Positions 45,299-55,590 of a stretch of 64,000 nucleotides of DNA are shown piece by piece. Where the stretch lies: assembly GCA_041752695.1 (NCBI GenBank), contig JBGSVZ010000113.1, positions 32,001 to 96,000 of the forward strand, written 5' to 3'. The stretch comes from Terrimicrobiaceae bacterium. GTDB lineage: Bacteria; Verrucomicrobiota; Verrucomicrobiia; Chthoniobacterales; Terrimicrobiaceae. Each line of letters begins with the position of its first letter. Positions within the stretch are counted from its first letter, which is position 1. Below the pieces are notes generated by a model. It did no database searches. It was not told where the DNA came from and worked only from the letters and a program-made list of their open reading frames with translations. Both the position numbers and the translations under genes were made by a program.

Positions 45299-45946
45299 AT
45301 GCCTTCCGATCCCCCGTCACCCGGCTCCTTCTCCCGCCGCAGTTTTTTTAAGGGCTTGGGCGTCACGGCCGTCGCCACAGCCACTCAGCACGCCAATGTG
45401 GTGGCTGAGGAGTTACAAAAGTTTAACGCGGAGAAAATCCAGGGTCCCGGGCCGGTGCCGGTTACTCTTTCGATCAATGGCAAAAAACAGACACTCGATC
45501 TGGAGCCCCGCGTCACTCTGCTCGATGTCTTGCGTAATCACCTGCCCCTCACAGGAGCCAAAGAGGTCTGTGACCGGGCGACCTGCGGCGCATGCACGGT
45601 TTGGATAAATGGGGAGCCGGTCTACGCCTGCATGGTGCTGGCCATCGAAGCCCAGGGCACGGAGATCACCACGATCGAAGGCATTTCCCAGGATGGAAAA
45701 CTTTCCCAACTCCAGGAAGCTTTCATCGCCTGTGATGGCCTGCAATGCGGTTATTGCACACCGGGATTTGTCATGAGCCTCTCTGCGCTGCTCAAACGCA
45801 AGCCCCAACCTACGGAGGCCGACGTGCGTAAAGCCTGCTCGGGAAACCTCTGCCGCTGTGGCAGTTATCCGCGGGTCTTCGAGGCCGCCCTCCAAGCCGC
45901 CGGGGTGAAAACGGCCTCTCAATGCGAGGTGATCCGCCATGTCTAA
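45299..45946 (+). CDS. Molybdoenzyme 2Fe-2S subunit with Tat signal (PaoA/YagT-like)
   Basis: 'SRRSFFKG'; 'CDRATCGACTV', 'QCGYCTPG', 'NLCRCG'. Confidence 0.92.
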   Translation: MPSDPPSPGSFSRRSFFKGLGVTAVATATQHANVVAEELQKFNAEKIQGPGPVPVTLSINGKKQTLDLEPRVTLLDVLRNHLPLTGAKEVCDRATCGACTVWINGEPVYACMVLAIEAQGTEITTIEGISQDGKLSQLQEAFIACDGLQCGYCTPGFVMSLSALLKRKPQPTEADVRKACSGNLCRCGSYPRVFEAALQAAGVKTASQCEVIRHV

Positions 45947-48107
45947 CTGGCCCACCCAAACCGAGTTTCTCGGCAAAAACACGCCTCGCCTCGAAGGAGC
46001 TGCCAAAGTCACTGGAGCCGCCAAATATTCTTCCGACCAACAGCCCGAAGGATGGCTCTACGCCATGATCCTCCGTTCAAAGTGGCCATCGGCCATCATC
46101 CGCTCGATCAACCTCGAAAAGGCGAAGGCCTCCGCGGGCATCAAGGCGGTCGCTGCCGTCAAGGACGGTGAGCGCCACGTGCGCTACTATGGCGAGGAAT
46201 TGGCGGCCGTCGCGGGCACCAGCAAACAGGCCTGCCTCGACGCCCTGCGTCTCATTGAAGTGGATGCCACTCCGCAGCCCTTTGTGGTGGATCCCGTGGA
46301 GGCGATTAAACCCGACGCCCCAAAAGTGTTTTCCGATGCGCCAAATTTAGGCGAAGCCAAGCTGAAGGAGGAGGGCGACATTGCGGCAGCTTTTGCCAAG
46401 TGCGACGTCATCGTGGAAGGAGAGTTTTCCACGCAGGTGCAAATCCATCACCCGCTGGAAACGCATGGGAATACTATCCACGTCAAAGACGACGCCTGCA
46501 CGGCCTGGGCTTCCACGCAGGGAATCTTCAGCGTGCGCGACGGGCTCTCCGGCAATTTGAACATCCCTCAAAACCGCGTGCGCGTGATCACCGAGTTCAT
46601 GGGCGGAGGGTTTGGCGCCAAATTTGGTCCCGGCGTCGAAGGATCACTTGCCGCAAAGCTTTCCCGCGAAACCGGGCTGCCCGTCAAGCTGATGCTCACC
46701 CGTTTTGACGAGTCTCTCGCGGTGGGCAACCGCCCGTCTTCCTACCAGAAGATCAAGCTTGGCTCCGACAAAGAGGGCAAGCTCCTCGCCTTCGACCTCG
46801 ACGCTTTTGGCAGTGCGGGATTTGCCAGCGGGGGCAGTTCGGCCGGCGGCGGCGGTGGCGCGGGATTTCCCGCTCCCTACATTTACAAAATCCCTAACAT
46901 TCGCGCCAAACACGCGGGCGTCGCCATCAATGCCGGTTCGTCGCGGGCCTTCCGCGCCCCGGGTCACCCCCAGGGATCGTTCGGCATGGAATCGATTCTC
47001 GACGACTTGGCGGTGAAACTCGGCCTGGATCCCGTGGACATCCGTCTGAAAAACGACCCGTTCGAAATTCGTCAGAAAGAATACGCGATCGGCCGCGAGA
47101 AATTCGGCTGGGCGCAAAAGTATCGCAAGCCCGGCAGTTCACCCGGCCCGATCAAAACCGGCGTGGGTGTCGCGGGTGCCACCTGGGGCGGCGGCGGCAA
47201 AGGCACCAAGGCCCAAGCCACGATCAATCCCGACGGCACGGTGGAAGTCCGCTGCGGCACGCAGGATCTTGGAACCGGGGCGAAAACCGTCGTCGCATTG
47301 GTCGCGGCCGAAGTGTTCGGTATCCCACCGGAAAAGATCGCCGCCAAAATCGGAGACACCGACTTCCCCGCCTCCGGGGGCAGTGGCGGCAGCACCACGA
47401 CGGCTTCGGTTTCACCGGCCATTTTTGACGTCTGCACCAAAGCCCTCAAGGAACTCCAGACCTTGAGTGGAGTCGCCGATGCGCGAGGAGCAAATTTTGA
47501 AAGCGCCTGCCGCAAACTCGGCATGCAGCCCGTGGTGATGCAGGGAGAATGGATCGAGGGGTTGTCATCGAGCGGAGCGGGTGGTGTCCAGTTCGCCGAG
47601 GTCGAGGTGGACACGGAAACCGGTTTTGTGAAGGTGAAAAAAATCCTCGTCGTTCAGGACTGCGGGCTCGTGGTCAACCGGCTCACCGCGGAGAGCCAGG
47701 TGAACGGTGGCGTGATCACGGGACTCGGTTATGCCCTTTACGAGCAGCGCGTGATGGATGCGCAAACCGGAGTCTGCCTCAATCCTAATTTTGAAACCTA
47801 TAAGTTACCCGGCGCGGCCGATATTCCCGACATCGAGATCGTCCTGCTCGACATGCCGGAACGCGGCGTGATCGGGCTCGGCGAACCTGTTGTCATACCA
47901 ACAGCGTCCGCCGTCGCGAATGCGGTGGCCAACGCCATTGGCGTGCGGATCAACAGCCTCCCCATTACACCGGACAAAGTTCTGGCGGCTCTTGGCTTGG
48001 TTCCGCCACGTGCGGCCTCGGTTTCAGAGGATCTCGAAACCTCCTTTGCCGCGGTCGAGGACGCCCACGCCGTAGCCGGAGACTTCACCGAGGATGTGCC
48101 CGTATGA
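45939..48107 (+). CDS. Xanthine dehydrogenase family molybdopterin-binding subunit (PaoC/YagR-like)
   Basis: 'KVTGAAKY', 'MGGGFGAK', 'AFRAPG', 'QDLGTG', 'GLGEP'. Confidence 0.92.
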   Translation: MSNWPTQTEFLGKNTPRLEGAAKVTGAAKYSSDQQPEGWLYAMILRSKWPSAIIRSINLEKAKASAGIKAVAAVKDGERHVRYYGEELAAVAGTSKQACLDALRLIEVDATPQPFVVDPVEAIKPDAPKVFSDAPNLGEAKLKEEGDIAAAFAKCDVIVEGEFSTQVQIHHPLETHGNTIHVKDDACTAWASTQGIFSVRDGLSGNLNIPQNRVRVITEFMGGGFGAKFGPGVEGSLAAKLSRETGLPVKLMLTRFDESLAVGNRPSSYQKIKLGSDKEGKLLAFDLDAFGSAGFASGGSSAGGGGGAGFPAPYIYKIPNIRAKHAGVAINAGSSRAFRAPGHPQGSFGMESILDDLAVKLGLDPVDIRLKNDPFEIRQKEYAIGREKFGWAQKYRKPGSSPGPIKTGVGVAGATWGGGGKGTKAQATINPDGTVEVRCGTQDLGTGAKTVVALVAAEVFGIPPEKIAAKIGDTDFPASGGSGGSTTTASVSPAIFDVCTKALKELQTLSGVADARGANFESACRKLGMQPVVMQGEWIEGLSSSGAGGVQFAEVEVDTETGFVKVKKILVVQDCGLVVNRLTAESQVNGGVITGLGYALYEQRVMDAQTGVCLNPNFETYKLPGAADIPDIEIVLLDMPERGVIGLGEPVVIPTASAVANAVANAIGVRINSLPITPDKVLAALGLVPPRAASVSEDLETSFAAVEDAHAVAGDFTEDVPV

Positions 48108-49066
48108 AAAATTTTGAATACATCACCGCCCAATCACCGGCCTCCGCTGCCGCGCTGCTGGGGGAAAATGGACGGTATCTCGCGGGCGGCGTTGACCTGC
48201 TCGGAGAGATGAAAGAATACATCGTCTCCCCTCCCCGGGTGGTGAACGTGAAAACCATCCCGGGCTCGGCCGGGGAATCCCTCCGCGACGGCTCCCTCCG
48301 GCTCGGGGCCAACACCACGCTGGCCGCCATCGCAGCCTCGGAACGTATTCAGGAACTTGCCCCCGCCGTGGCCGAGGCCGCTGCGGAAGTGGGCTCCCCG
48401 CAGATTCGCAACGTCGCGACACTTGGCGGTAATCTCGCCCAACATTCGCGATGCTGGTATTATCGTCAGCGGGATGTCACCTGCCTGAAAAAAGGGGGCA
48501 ACACCTGCTACGGACGCGAGGGGGAAAACAAATATCTCAGCATCTTCTCGGGCAATCCCTGCGTCAGTCCCATCGTATCCAATCTCGCAGTCGCTCTGGC
48601 GGCCATCGACGCCCGGGTTTCCGTCTATCGCAAAAACCGAGAGACCGAACTGACCATCCCGGAACTGTATGAAGACGCCTGGGACAATCCGCTGGCACAA
48701 AATTCTCTAAAGCCGGGAGATTTGATCACCTCGGTGACCATCCCCTCCGGCCCGGGCAAAAGCACCTACCTGCAAATGAGTGAGAAAAGCGACTTCGATT
48801 GGGCATTGGTCAGTTGCGCCGTGTTTTCAAAATTCCAGGACGGCAAAGTTTCGGGAGCCCGCATCGCGCTTGGGTGCATCGCTCCGGTCCCCTTGATCGC
48901 GGAGGAAGCGGGCCGGTTCTTGGAAGGGAAAGTGCTCGACGAATCCACCGCAGCGCAGGCCGCCGAACTGGCATTGGCCAAGGCGACCCCGCTGGCCCAC
49001 AACGGCTACAAGGTCCCCATCGCGAAGGCCCTCATCCGCCGCTCGCTCCTGAAACTCCGCGCATGA
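48104..49066 (+). CDS. Molybdoenzyme FAD-binding subunit with 4Fe-4S insert (PaoB/YagS-like)
   Basis: 'AGGVDL', 'SPQIRNVATLGGNL', 'RCWYY..TCLKKGGNTC..NPC', 'NGYKV'. Confidence 0.92.
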   Translation: MKNFEYITAQSPASAAALLGENGRYLAGGVDLLGEMKEYIVSPPRVVNVKTIPGSAGESLRDGSLRLGANTTLAAIAASERIQELAPAVAEAAAEVGSPQIRNVATLGGNLAQHSRCWYYRQRDVTCLKKGGNTCYGREGENKYLSIFSGNPCVSPIVSNLAVALAAIDARVSVYRKNRETELTIPELYEDAWDNPLAQNSLKPGDLITSVTIPSGPGKSTYLQMSEKSDFDWALVSCAVFSKFQDGKVSGARIALGCIAPVPLIAEEAGRFLEGKVLDESTAAQAAELALAKATPLAHNGYKVPIAKALIRRSLLKLRA

Positions 49067-49266
49067 CTTCCGAGCGCTGCCGGTTTTTTCGCAACAAATC
49101 CATGTGCGTTTCCGGCCTGCGTCCGGAGGCGGACGAAAACGAGGAGAGCGGCGCGGCAGGCTACTGCTGGTGCAATCACACCATGACGGAAATCGGCGAG
49201 GACGACCGGCTGGTCAACTCGGCGGCCTGCGCCAATCCCGCCCGCGCGTGTTACCAGCCCTTTTAG
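49063..49266 (+). CDS. Small Cys-rich protein
   Basis: ATGA overlap; 67 aa MTSERCRFFRNKSMC...YCWCNHT...GEDD...AC...RACY with 6 Cys. Confidence 0.7.
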   Translation: MTSERCRFFRNKSMCVSGLRPEADENEESGAAGYCWCNHTMTEIGEDDRLVNSAACANPARACYQPF

Positions 49267-49296
49267 CTCCGTCTTGACGCCCGCCACAACGGCGGC

Positions 49297-50295
49297 ATGC
49301 TTCCTCTTGTGAACCTGCCCTTGCGTCCCCGGCGACTCCGTCGCACCGCTGCCATCCGGAGTCTCGTGCGCGAAACCCGCGTCACCGCCGACGATTTGAT
49401 TTATCCGCTGTTCGTTCATGAGGATTCGCAAAATGAGGAAATCGCCTCCATGCCCGGAGTCGTGCGCCATTCGCTCGAATCGCTCCTGCGGGAATGCGAG
49501 GCCGCGTTCACGGCCGGGATCTCCGGCGTGGCAGTATTTCCCTCCATCCGCCCCGAGCTGAAAGATGCTTCCGGCTCGCACGGCCTGGCCGAAGGCAACT
49601 TGCTTTATCGGGCGATCTCCCGCCTGAAGACCGCCCTGCCGGACCTGGCGATCATCACCGACGTGGCGCTGGATCCTTATACCTCTCACGGCCACGACGG
49701 CATCCTCTCCCCAGATGGACACGACGTGGACAACGACGCCACGGTGGAAATTCTCTGCCGTCTCGCGGTCGCGGAAGCACGCGCCGGGGCCGACATCGTT
49801 GCGCCGTCGGACATGATGGATGGCCGCGTGGGAGCCATTCGCGCCGCGTTGGATGCGGCAGGATTTGCGCAGACGATTATCATGTCGTACGCCGCAAAAT
49901 ATGCGTCCGCCTTTTACGGACCCTTCCGCGACGCCGTGGGCAGCAAACTCGGGAAGGATGGGATCAGCAAAGCATCCTATCAGATGGATCCCGCCAATAC
50001 CCGGGAAGCCATTCGGGAAATCTCACTCGACGAAGACGAAGGCGCGGACATCGTGATGGTGAAACCCGCGGGAGCTTACCTCGATGTGATTCGCGCGGTC
50101 AAAGATGCGACGCTTTTACCCGTCGCCGCTTATCAGGTGAGCGGCGAGTACGCCCAGATTCACGCCGCCGCGCGACTGGGGTGGCTCGACTACGAACGCA
50201 CCCGCGACGAATCGCTGCTCGCCATTAAACGCGCCGGCGCGGATATGATCCTGACCTATTTCGCCCGCGAAGTGGCGGAACGCCCAAACCGCTAA
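49297..50295 (+). CDS. hemB: Porphobilinogen synthase
   Basis: 'RPRRLR', 'DVALDPYTSHGHDG', 'APSDMMDGR', 'MVKP', 'AYQVSGEY'. Confidence 0.97.
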   Translation: MLPLVNLPLRPRRLRRTAAIRSLVRETRVTADDLIYPLFVHEDSQNEEIASMPGVVRHSLESLLRECEAAFTAGISGVAVFPSIRPELKDASGSHGLAEGNLLYRAISRLKTALPDLAIITDVALDPYTSHGHDGILSPDGHDVDNDATVEILCRLAVAEARAGADIVAPSDMMDGRVGAIRAALDAAGFAQTIIMSYAAKYASAFYGPFRDAVGSKLGKDGISKASYQMDPANTREAIREISLDEDEGADIVMVKPAGAYLDVIRAVKDATLLPVAAYQVSGEYAQIHAAARLGWLDYERTRDESLLAIKRAGADMILTYFAREVAERPNR

Positions 50296-50627
50296 GCCAC
50301 CGTTGCCACGGCGCTGCGGCGATCCGGAAGAATCGGGATGAGGGATTTAAAACCGGAAATATCGAACACCTCGAGCACGTTGCGCGAAAGGGAGCAGATG
50401 GCGAATTTCCCGCCGAGGGCGTTCACCTTTTTGAGCGCCTGGAGGACGCTGCGCAGTCCCGCGCTGCTCACATAATTGAGCCGGGAAAAATCCCAGACAA
50501 AATTGCGGGCCCCATCGGCCAGAGCTGCCGCAAAGGCCTGGTCAATAAAAGTGACCGTGTTGGCGTCGAGACGGCCATCGAGCGCCAGAATCGTGACGCC
50601 ATTTTCTTCGCAATGCTCAATGTTCAT
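50292..50627 (-). CDS. STAS-domain anti-sigma factor antagonist
   Basis: Start reset to MNIEHCEE; 'GRLDA', 'LNYVSSAGLR', 'VFDISGF'. Confidence 0.88.
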   Translation of the reverse strand: MNIEHCEENGVTILALDGRLDANTVTFIDQAFAAALADGARNFVWDFSRLNYVSSAGLRSVLQALKKVNALGGKFAICSLSRNVLEVFDISGFKSLIPILPDRRSAVATVA

Positions 50628-50653
50628 GGCAGGGAGAGGATGGAAGGATTTCC

Positions 50654-50691
50654 CGGGGGGCGTCAAAGCCAAAACCACGTTGACACCCCCG
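50654..50691. promoter_or_regulatory. Divergent promoter / inverted repeat between STAS genes
   Basis: GGGGGCGTCAA-N13-TTGACACCCCC gives TTGACA on + and TTGACG on -. Confidence 0.5.
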
Positions 50692-50714
50692 GTCGTCCCG
50701 CCCATCGTTTGCCC

Positions 50715-51992
50715 GTGCCGATTACCCTGAACTCCGAAACGTCGCGTGGCGTGTCCGTCATCAAACTGGAGGGGCGCCTCGACGCGCACGGCGCCAACGA
50801 GGTCGATCCCGCCCTGCCTGTTGGGAGGGCCGGTGAGACGGTGGTTCTCGACCTTGCCGGCGTCAATTATCTCAGCAGCGCAGGGGTGAGAGTTTTTGTC
50901 GCCCTGCACAAACGACTCCACGCCGCGGGAGGCCGGATGTTTCTGGCGACGGTCCAACCTTATTGCCGCGAGGTTCTGCGGATCTCGGGTCTGGAGCAGG
51001 TCTTCGCCATTTTCGAAACGCGGGAGGCCGCCCTGGCGGAAGCCCGCGGCGGTGCCGAGAAGCTGTCCCATGTCTGCGGGAGTTTTGCCTTTCATGCCGG
51101 TTCGTCCGAAAGCGGCGCCATTGAGGTACTGGGCAACATCGAGGACGTTCTGGCCTCCCGCATCACGGAAGATCAGGTGGTCCCCCGGAAATTTTCCGCG
51201 ATGGAATATTCGCTTGGGCTCGGTGCTCTCGGCCCCGACGCAGCGTCCGTCATGCCCTACATCGGCGAGATGATGACGATTGGCGGCACGATGGTGTGGT
51301 TGCCGACGGATGGCAACGACACGCCGGACTTTCTCGTCCCCCACCAAGACAGCGACGCCGTGGTGATTCGCACGGGTTTTAACGCGTCAATCGCGGGCGA
51401 TTTCAACGAATACGTGGAGTTCGAAGCGTCGTCGCCGGAAGGAGCCACGTTGGCCGAGATCTACAACGCGTTGTTTGATTTTGCGAAAAACCGTCGGCCC
51501 GACTATCGCGGGGCAATCGCTCTCGCCATGCGGGCGGAGGTGGCGGGCGTTCTCGGCTGCGGAGTGGTGAAATCGCCCGTCGCCGCCCACGCCCCGGCCA
51601 ATGGCAAATGGATCACCGACCCATCAAACTACCCGTCCTGGTTTGAAGTGGACGAAACACCCCGCCATCGCAACGTGACCGGGTTGATCTGCGGCATCGG
51701 CCTGGATCTGGAAGCGGATCTCTCAGTGTTTGACCAAAAGCACCTCAGCGCGACGTTCTACATTAATCCCGGAAATCAGGGCGGAGAGACGCGCGAAAAA
51801 CTCCATAACCACGGCGTGTTTTTTGAGCCCCTCGCCGCAAACAAAAACCCGTCGAGCCTTGAAGCCGAAATCCAGAGTGTGGTGGAAGACGGGACGTTTG
51901 TGGACATGCGCCATCTCTTTGATCGGACCACCATCAAGCAGGCGCTCATCGGCGTGGTGTACGCTCAGGAATTCCGGCCCGAGCAGGCCTGA
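50715..51992 (+). CDS. STAS domain fused to a ~320-aa unknown domain
   Basis: GTG start; 'GRLDA', 'VNYLSSAGVR'; C-terminal region with 'LHNHGVFF'. Confidence 0.8.
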   Translation: MPITLNSETSRGVSVIKLEGRLDAHGANEVDPALPVGRAGETVVLDLAGVNYLSSAGVRVFVALHKRLHAAGGRMFLATVQPYCREVLRISGLEQVFAIFETREAALAEARGGAEKLSHVCGSFAFHAGSSESGAIEVLGNIEDVLASRITEDQVVPRKFSAMEYSLGLGALGPDAASVMPYIGEMMTIGGTMVWLPTDGNDTPDFLVPHQDSDAVVIRTGFNASIAGDFNEYVEFEASSPEGATLAEIYNALFDFAKNRRPDYRGAIALAMRAEVAGVLGCGVVKSPVAAHAPANGKWITDPSNYPSWFEVDETPRHRNVTGLICGIGLDLEADLSVFDQKHLSATFYINPGNQGGETREKLHNHGVFFEPLAANKNPSSLEAEIQSVVEDGTFVDMRHLFDRTTIKQALIGVVYAQEFRPEQA

Positions 51993-52097
51993 AACTCGTC
52001 CGTCCCCGACATTTCCAACCATTGCCTCGGTCACCGCAACCCAAAAATTCCCCGGCACAAGTCCGACCTGATCGAGCAGGCGGGTTTTGCCCCCCGC

Positions 52098-52940
52098 TCA
52101 ACCCTTCACTCCCCCGAGCTGGATGCCCGAGATAAGCTGTTTTTGCATGACGACAAAAAGAATGATCAGGGGAACGACATTCATGACGGTGGCCGCCATG
52201 ATCAGTTCCGTTTGCTGACCGTATTGCCCTTGGAAACTGAGCAGTCCGACCGGAATGGTCCGCATGGCGTCGTCTTTCACCATCACCAGCGGCCAGAAGA
52301 ACGACTGGAAGTTTCCGAGAAAAGTGAAGATGCCAAGAGCAATCAGGCCCGGTCGGGCCATGGGCAGAATGACATCCAGGAAAGTCTGAAGGTGCGTGGC
52401 CCCATCGATCTCCGCGGCTTCGTCGTAACTGCGAGGAATGCCGATCATAAACTGCCGCAGCAAAAACGTGCCAAAAGCGGAAAAGGCGGCAGGAATAATC
52501 AGGCCCTGGTACGTATTGACGAAATTCAACCCGACCATGATCTGATAGTTCGGAAGCATGGTCACCATGCCGGGAATCATCATCGTACCAAGATACAGCA
52601 GGAACACTTTGTCCCGGCCCGGCCATTGCAGGCGGGCGAAGGCATAAGCCGCCAACGAGCTGGTCAGCACTTGAAGGACGGTGACCCAACTGGCGATAAA
52701 GATGCTATTGAAATACCACTTCGGGAAATCCAGATCGAGGTATTTGCCGGTATAAGGATCCGGCTTCTGGCGCAACACGATCGCGTAGTTCTCGGGCTGC
52801 GGATTGGTGGGGACCAGACTCATTTCCTCCACCTCATGGTGGGGTTTGATACTGGTGCCCAGCATCCAGAGAAACGGGACGGTCATGGTGATCGCGATAA
52901 GGATCAACCCGGCGTGTTTAAGGAGAGAGCGGATTTCCAT
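52098..52940 (-). CDS. Carbohydrate ABC transporter permease (MalG-type)
   Basis: 'IPRSYDEAAEIDGA'; TM pattern. Confidence 0.92.
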   Translation of the reverse strand: MEIRSLLKHAGLILIAITMTVPFLWMLGTSIKPHHEVEEMSLVPTNPQPENYAIVLRQKPDPYTGKYLDLDFPKWYFNSIFIASWVTVLQVLTSSLAAYAFARLQWPGRDKVFLLYLGTMMIPGMVTMLPNYQIMVGLNFVNTYQGLIIPAAFSAFGTFLLRQFMIGIPRSYDEAAEIDGATHLQTFLDVILPMARPGLIALGIFTFLGNFQSFFWPLVMVKDDAMRTIPVGLLSFQGQYGQQTELIMAATVMNVVPLIILFVVMQKQLISGIQLGGVKG

Positions 52941-52945
52941 GAAAA

Positions 52946-54055
52946 TTACTCCGAAGCCGTGTTGCCATACTTCCAGTTGAAGAGCGTCACCGCCATGATG
53001 ATGATGAAAAGAACCCACGAAACCGCCGCCCCGTATCCGAGATCGAGACGTTCAAAACCCTGGGTGTAGATGTAATAACTCAGCGTGGTGGTTGTGCCGG
53101 CGGGACCACCCTCGGTCATCAGCCGGGCTTGCTCAAAACCGCCCTGCAGTCCGCCGATGATGCCCATGACGACAATAAAAAACGTCGTCGGCGCGAGCTG
53201 GGGGAACGTAATGAAACGAAACCGCTGCCAGCCGCTGGCTCCGTCAATATCCGAAGCCTCATACAGTTCGGGAGGGATGTTGGAAATGCCCGCGAGATAG
53301 AGCACCATCGTATTGCCGCCGACGGAACCCCAGATGCCCATGATCATGATTGCCTCACGGGCCCCCAGACCAAATCCCCCGTTGTTAAAATGTTCCGGAA
53401 AGGGAAGAAATCCGAGGAGGGACTTCGTGCTGGTGAGCCACCCCGGCGGATCAATCTGCCAGCCGACCAGATTCCCAAAAGCGACGAGCGATTGATTGAT
53501 CAAGCCGAAGTTCGGATTGTAAAGCTGCATCCAGAGCAGAATGGTTCCGGCTCCCGCCGTGAAATGCGGGAGATAATAAAAGGTGCGGTAACCGATGGAG
53601 CCGAAATAGACCCCCACGGCAGTAATCAGGCCCAACGCGCCCAGAATGAGGGCCATGGTGCCCGAACCGGTCAACGCCAGAAGGATACAGAGGATCACCG
53701 TAAAAATGACCGTTCCGATGGCCAACCGCTGAGCGGCCCGGGGACCGCGAAAATCCAGCTTCTGACTGAGAAAAACGGCCAGCGCAAGGGAACCGGCGAT
53801 GCCAATGGGCATGGCCAGCAGCAAATACAGGGTGTTGTAGAAGTAAAAGTAGAAATTCGGATCGAAAAACAGGTCGATGTAGTTTTGGAGTCCAATGAAT
53901 TTCAGGGGAACCGAGGGCCGAAGACTCCAGGTGGTGAAACTTCCCAGAAGACTGATGATGATCGGGCCCAGGGTGAAGACCAGGAATCCGGCAAGATTCG
54001 GCGCCAGAAAAAGCAGCGCGATGAAGATGTTGCGACGATGGGCGGGAGTTGTCAT
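52946..54055 (-). CDS. Carbohydrate ABC transporter permease (MalF-type)
   Basis: 'IPPELYEASDIDGA', 'GGPAGTT'. Confidence 0.92.
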   Translation of the reverse strand: MTTPAHRRNIFIALLFLAPNLAGFLVFTLGPIIISLLGSFTTWSLRPSVPLKFIGLQNYIDLFFDPNFYFYFYNTLYLLLAMPIGIAGSLALAVFLSQKLDFRGPRAAQRLAIGTVIFTVILCILLALTGSGTMALILGALGLITAVGVYFGSIGYRTFYYLPHFTAGAGTILLWMQLYNPNFGLINQSLVAFGNLVGWQIDPPGWLTSTKSLLGFLPFPEHFNNGGFGLGAREAIMIMGIWGSVGGNTMVLYLAGISNIPPELYEASDIDGASGWQRFRFITFPQLAPTTFFIVVMGIIGGLQGGFEQARLMTEGGPAGTTTTLSYYIYTQGFERLDLGYGAAVSWVLFIIIMAVTLFNWKYGNTASE

Positions 54056-55494
54056 CAGAGGGCTTTGTAGGCAGCTTCCCCGAAACGCTCGATGTAGAGC
54101 TTTTTGAGGTCGGGACTTCGTTCCAGATTGCGACGGAGCAAGGTTTGCAACTCATCCCCGGCGGTTTGCAACAGGGCATCCACCGGCAGATTGGGATCGC
54201 TTTCCATCCGGCTAATTTGAGCTCTCAGCACGCGGATGACGTCGCTGGAAAGAATAAACGGGCTGTCCCGCGGAGCGTAGCCGCTGGCCATCGCAATCTC
54301 GGTGGTCTTTTGCAACTCCAACCGCGCCAGGTCGGGGGGACCGGGGTCCACGCCAAGGTTGGCAAACTCGGGATTTCCCGGGAGCCAGTCGGCGCTTTCG
54401 TTAAGCAATTTGGAATAGACCGGGCCCGCGAGGTATTGAAGAAACGCCAGAGCCTCTTCACGGCGCGGACTTTTCGCGTTGATTCCGGCCACCCGGCTGC
54501 CCACCCGGTTGATTGGCGGTTTACCAGCGAAATGGGGGACCAGCACCGCCCCCAGGCGAAGGGGCCTTTCCAGCGGGTTTTTGATGTCTTCGATCTTGAT
54601 TCCTTGACGCTCGAAATTCTCCACCTGCTTTTGATAGGCCCGGCCGAACGCGATGAGAGACCAATGCCCGGTGACGACCATGGCATAACGATTGGCCGCC
54701 ACTTGATTGAGGTTGCCCGACCCCCACCCGCCCTGGCCGCTCATCTGTTTGGCCTCCACCGTGCTGGGCATCAGACGGTGCTTGTAAATAAAGTCGTGAT
54801 GCATCTGGAAGGCCGTCATCAAATCGGGCGAGTTCGCGATGCGCAGTGCGCCCTTTTCATCAAAGAACTCGCCGCCCAGGGTGTCGAAAAAGGTCCGCCA
54901 GTCGAATCCCGTACAGGCAAAAATCGCCGGGCCTTCCGATTTCTCCGTAGTGGCAGAGTTCACCTTCTGGGCAAGCTCCACCAGAGCATCCCAAGTCATG
55001 AGACCGGATGGGTAGGGAATCCCAAAGTGGTCAAAAACGTTTTTATTGTAGATCAGGATGCTCGATCCGGTGTTGCAGGGGAACCCATATTGGCGTCCCT
55101 CCTGCGTGTAGGTCATACTGCCATTGGGCCAACCGGATTTCTCCGCGGAAAATCCCATTTTGGCCGCAGCCTCGGTGACATCCCACACCACGCCCGCTTC
55201 GACATAGGTGCCAATGTCCTCGCTGCCGAAATCAAAGATGTCCGGGCCGACCCCGCTGGCCGATTGAAGGATGATTTTCTGAGCGCCGGAACTCCCGTAG
55301 TCCAGGCTGAGCTGGAGATTGGGATGAAGTTCGTTGAAGGCCTCGATCTGCGCTGTCCTCGCGGGATTGTTGTCGCTCACCCAGACTAGAGGCGTCTTTC
55401 CGTCCAGTTTCTGATCAGGCCGCCAGATCGCGGCGAGGCCGCTGAGGGCAATCAGCGCGGCAAAGACAATCAGAAGTAATTTCGACGTGGTCAT
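54055..55494 (-). CDS. Carbohydrate ABC transporter solute-binding protein
   Basis: N-terminal anchor; 'LIYNKNVFDHFGIPYP...TWD'. Confidence 0.88.
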   Translation of the reverse strand: MTTSKLLLIVFAALIALSGLAAIWRPDQKLDGKTPLVWVSDNNPARTAQIEAFNELHPNLQLSLDYGSSGAQKIILQSASGVGPDIFDFGSEDIGTYVEAGVVWDVTEAAAKMGFSAEKSGWPNGSMTYTQEGRQYGFPCNTGSSILIYNKNVFDHFGIPYPSGLMTWDALVELAQKVNSATTEKSEGPAIFACTGFDWRTFFDTLGGEFFDEKGALRIANSPDLMTAFQMHHDFIYKHRLMPSTVEAKQMSGQGGWGSGNLNQVAANRYAMVVTGHWSLIAFGRAYQKQVENFERQGIKIEDIKNPLERPLRLGAVLVPHFAGKPPINRVGSRVAGINAKSPRREEALAFLQYLAGPVYSKLLNESADWLPGNPEFANLGVDPGPPDLARLELQKTTEIAMASGYAPRDSPFILSSDVIRVLRAQISRMESDPNLPVDALLQTAGDELQTLLRRNLERSPDLKKLYIERFGEAAYKAL

Positions 55495-55590
55495 GCGGGC
55501 AGTGCGCGAAAAATGTTGGCGGTTGGGAAGAGGGGCGTGGGTGGAGCCGGTGATCTTTGCCGGAATCGCCGCGCTTGTTAATGAGAAAAA

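Noticed and set aside
50628..51347. Long N-terminal extension of the minus-strand STAS ORF
   Set aside because: Antisense shadow of the plus-strand STAS fusion gene; true start is likely 50627
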